Virus record (IMG/VR): IMGVR_UViG_3300028380_000008
Strand: one strand, 5' to 3'
Length of the DNA stretch: 54,986 bases
Origin: an uncultured virus (IMG/VR IMGVR_UViG_3300028380_000008)
Taxonomy: Duplodnaviria > Heunggongvirae > Uroviricota > Caudoviricetes
Both the position numbers and the translations under genes were made by a program. The notes under the pieces were generated by a model. That model searched no databases. It was not told where the DNA came from and saw nothing but the letters and a program-made list of their open reading frames with translations. This document shows, one piece after another, positions 53,422 through 54,986 of this stretch; the first letter of the stretch is position 1; each line of letters opens with the position of its first letter.

Positions 53422-53925
53422 GCTAGCGTTAACGGTGCGTGCGCTGTAGCGAGCGCAACGGATGGTCCGAGCTTTGACCTCTCGCGAGGCTTCGCCCATC
53501 TCTGTCCCCGGTTAGCCTGTGTGACCTCGCGTGCACGCTTGGCCTCGCGGCTCCTCGCCGCACGCGCGTCTTTGGTCTGGTCGTCGCCTCAGGTTACGGG
53601 TTATCCGTTGCGTTCGCTGCAGAGCACGACGGTTGCTAGTCATCGTGGTCTGAGTCTTTCTGGAGCGAGCCCCGACGGTTCGCGGCGGTCGGGGCTGCGG
53701 TCCTCACGTTCGCTGACCTCGCACACCCCGCCGCGCCGCTGGGTTAACCAGGGTCGCGCCTCTCGGCCGGGGACGGAGGCGCATGGTGCGCTCCGCCGCA
53801 GGCGGGTCGTGCTCGAGTCACGTGGTCTTCAGTTGTCAGGGAGCGGGTTGCTTGGTGCGCCGGCCTGGCGTTCAACCCAGGCTCGACCGGGCGGTTCCGG
53901 CTGCGGCGCGGCGAGTCAGTGGTCG
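53422..53925. other. ~500-bp highly structured non-coding leader
   Basis: 32-bp stem 53438-69/53597-628; AGCCCCGAC/GTCGGGGCT; CGCCGCGCCGC/GCGGCGCGGCG; CTGGGTT/AACCCAG; no convincing ORF. Confidence 0.65.
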
Positions 53926-53947
53926 CCGCTCTCGTCTGCTGAGTCAG

Positions 53948-53977
53948 AAGGTAGCAATTCGTGGTGACGGTGTCAAC
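53948..53977 (-). promoter_or_regulatory. operator GTTGAC-ACC-GTCACC overlapping a strong promoter
   Basis: TTGACA-17-TACCTT with TG extension on the - strand. Confidence 0.8.
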
Positions 53978-53992
53978 CGGAAATCGTCTGCG

Positions 53993-54427
53993 CTAGATCA
54001 TGGAGGTCGCGCGCAGCGCCGCCAGGACCACGGCCACCAGGATCGCCAGGCTCGCCAGGCCCCACGCGCGCTCGCTCGACCGGGCCGCGCGGACCTCGAA
54101 CGCCCACGCGTCCGGCGCGCCGTCCTGGGCCCGCGCCTCGGGCGCGCCCGCGACCACGGGGACCGCCTGGCGGGTCGCCCACGCCGCGCGCGCCGCGACC
54201 ACGGGCCCCGGCCGCACGGGCGACAGGTGCAGCCCCGCCAGGCTCATGCGCTGGAGCTTGTGCGCGGCGAAGCCTCCGCCGCTGGCCCTCACCACGACCG
54301 GGCACCCGCAGTGGCGGAGCACGGGCATCACCCGCCGCGTCCTCACGCCGCGCGCGGCCGGGTGGGTGGTCGCGCCGCTCGTCTCGCTCGTCTCGCTCGT
54401 CTCGCTCGTCTCGCTCGTCGTCGTCAT
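53993..54427 (-). CDS. hypothetical protein with SET repeats and a C-terminal TM helix
   Basis: MTTTSETSETSETSET…WGLASLAILVAVVLAAL. Confidence 0.45.
   Translation of the reverse strand: MTTTSETSETSETSETSGATTHPAARGVRTRRVMPVLRHCGCPVVVRASGGGFAAHKLQRMSLAGLHLSPVRPGPVVAARAAWATRQAVPVVAGAPEARAQDGAPDAWAFEVRAARSSERAWGLASLAILVAVVLAALRATSMI
54376..54419. repeat. 9-bp tandem repeat CGCTCGTCT, ~4.9 copies
   Basis: Read directly. Confidence 0.9.
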
Positions 54428-54459
54428 GCTCCGCAGCAGGTGCCAGCGGCGTGCCATTC

Positions 54460-54478
54460 GTGGTGACGACGTCACCAC
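54460..54478. promoter_or_regulatory. operator variant GTGGTGAC-GAC-GTCACCAC
   Basis: Perfect 8-bp inverted repeat with N3 spacer; shares ATTCGTGGTGAC with the 53963 copy. Confidence 0.7.
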
Positions 54479-54893
54479 TAACCGTCCCCGGTAGTTGCGC
54501 GCCCGGCGACCTCGCGGGGCCCGCCGGACCGCGCCAACCTGTCTCGATCCCGCCCGCCGGGCGTGGCGGAAAGCGACGCCGCCCCGAGCCCTCGCCCGGC
54601 CGCGCCCGGCCCGCCGCCGCACCGCTCCCCAGCCTGGAACCTCGCCCAGGGAGCCACCAGAGCGCGCGGACCACCCGGCCCCTCCCAGGACGACCACCCG
54701 ACCCGACGAGCTCGCCCAGGCCTCGCGCCCCGGCAGGTGCCCAGCTACCCGCCCAGGGGCGGAGCGCTCACCCACCCCGACCACGCTCCGCAACGACCCG
54801 CCCCTCGCCTCGGTCAGCGCCCGCTCGGCCCCCGCCCCGTCCCTCGCACCCCACCCTCTGCCCAGGGGGCCCGCACCCACCGCCCTCCGCTCC

Positions 54894-54986
54894 CGGGCCG
54901 GGGGCCCGCCTCCGCGTGTCCCTCCCACCGCCCCCTCGCGCACCCGGCCCGGCTCCGGGGGCAAGCGGAGGCGGGCCCCCGGCCCG
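54894..54986. repeat. perfect 22-bp inverted repeat reaching the window end
   Basis: CGGGCCGGGGGCCCGCCTCCGC 54894-54915 versus its reverse complement at 54965-54986. Confidence 0.9.

Noticed and set aside
44997..53640. Hairpins as rho-independent terminators
   Set aside because: No U-tracts, stems are too long, and pairing is poorer on the transcribed strand
53512..53643. 43-aa - strand ORF MTSNRRALQ… in the leader
   Set aside because: No SD, low-complexity Arg-rich product, overlaps a long stem

Overview
This window is a high-GC fragment of a large dsDNA bacteriophage (or prophage/phage-plasmid). It has two convergent arms. The + arm (~0.7-29 kb) is a replication/recombination module: UvsW-like SF2 helicase, UDG-like protein, DnaB-type helicase, DnaG-type primase, family-A DNA polymerase with an intein, UvsY-like mediator, gp32-like SSB, RecA, KTSC protein, beta-helix lipoprotein, SbcD/SbcC, MT-A70 methyltransferase, Holliday junction resolvase and HTH proteins. 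The - arm (~29-54.4 kb) carries a GpA-type terminase large subunit, an RHH-like regulator, an output-less HAMP sensor, RuvB, a TM-anchored RuvA-CTD protein, a serpin-like protein, a Ycf46-like AAA+ ATPase and many small early-type hypothetical genes. Main observations: (1) eleven intergenic copies of a palindromic operator G[T/G]TGAC-N3-GTCA[A/T/C]C, mostly overlapping -35 boxes, one in front of the RHH-like gene; (2) long intergenic hairpins at 45-54 kb whose imperfect pairs are almost all G.T on the + (template) strand and A.C on the mRNA strand, including a duplicated ~100-bp hairpin+RBS element; (3) a polymerase with an altered dNTP pocket (steric-gate Glu to His) and an intein ending Gly-Asp/Thr; (4) two DnaA boxes in front of the replication genes; (5) a C-rich terminal region ending in a perfect 22-bp inverted repeat. 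All protein calls come from motif recognition by eye, not database searches. No tRNA, rRNA, CRISPR array or integrase was recognised.
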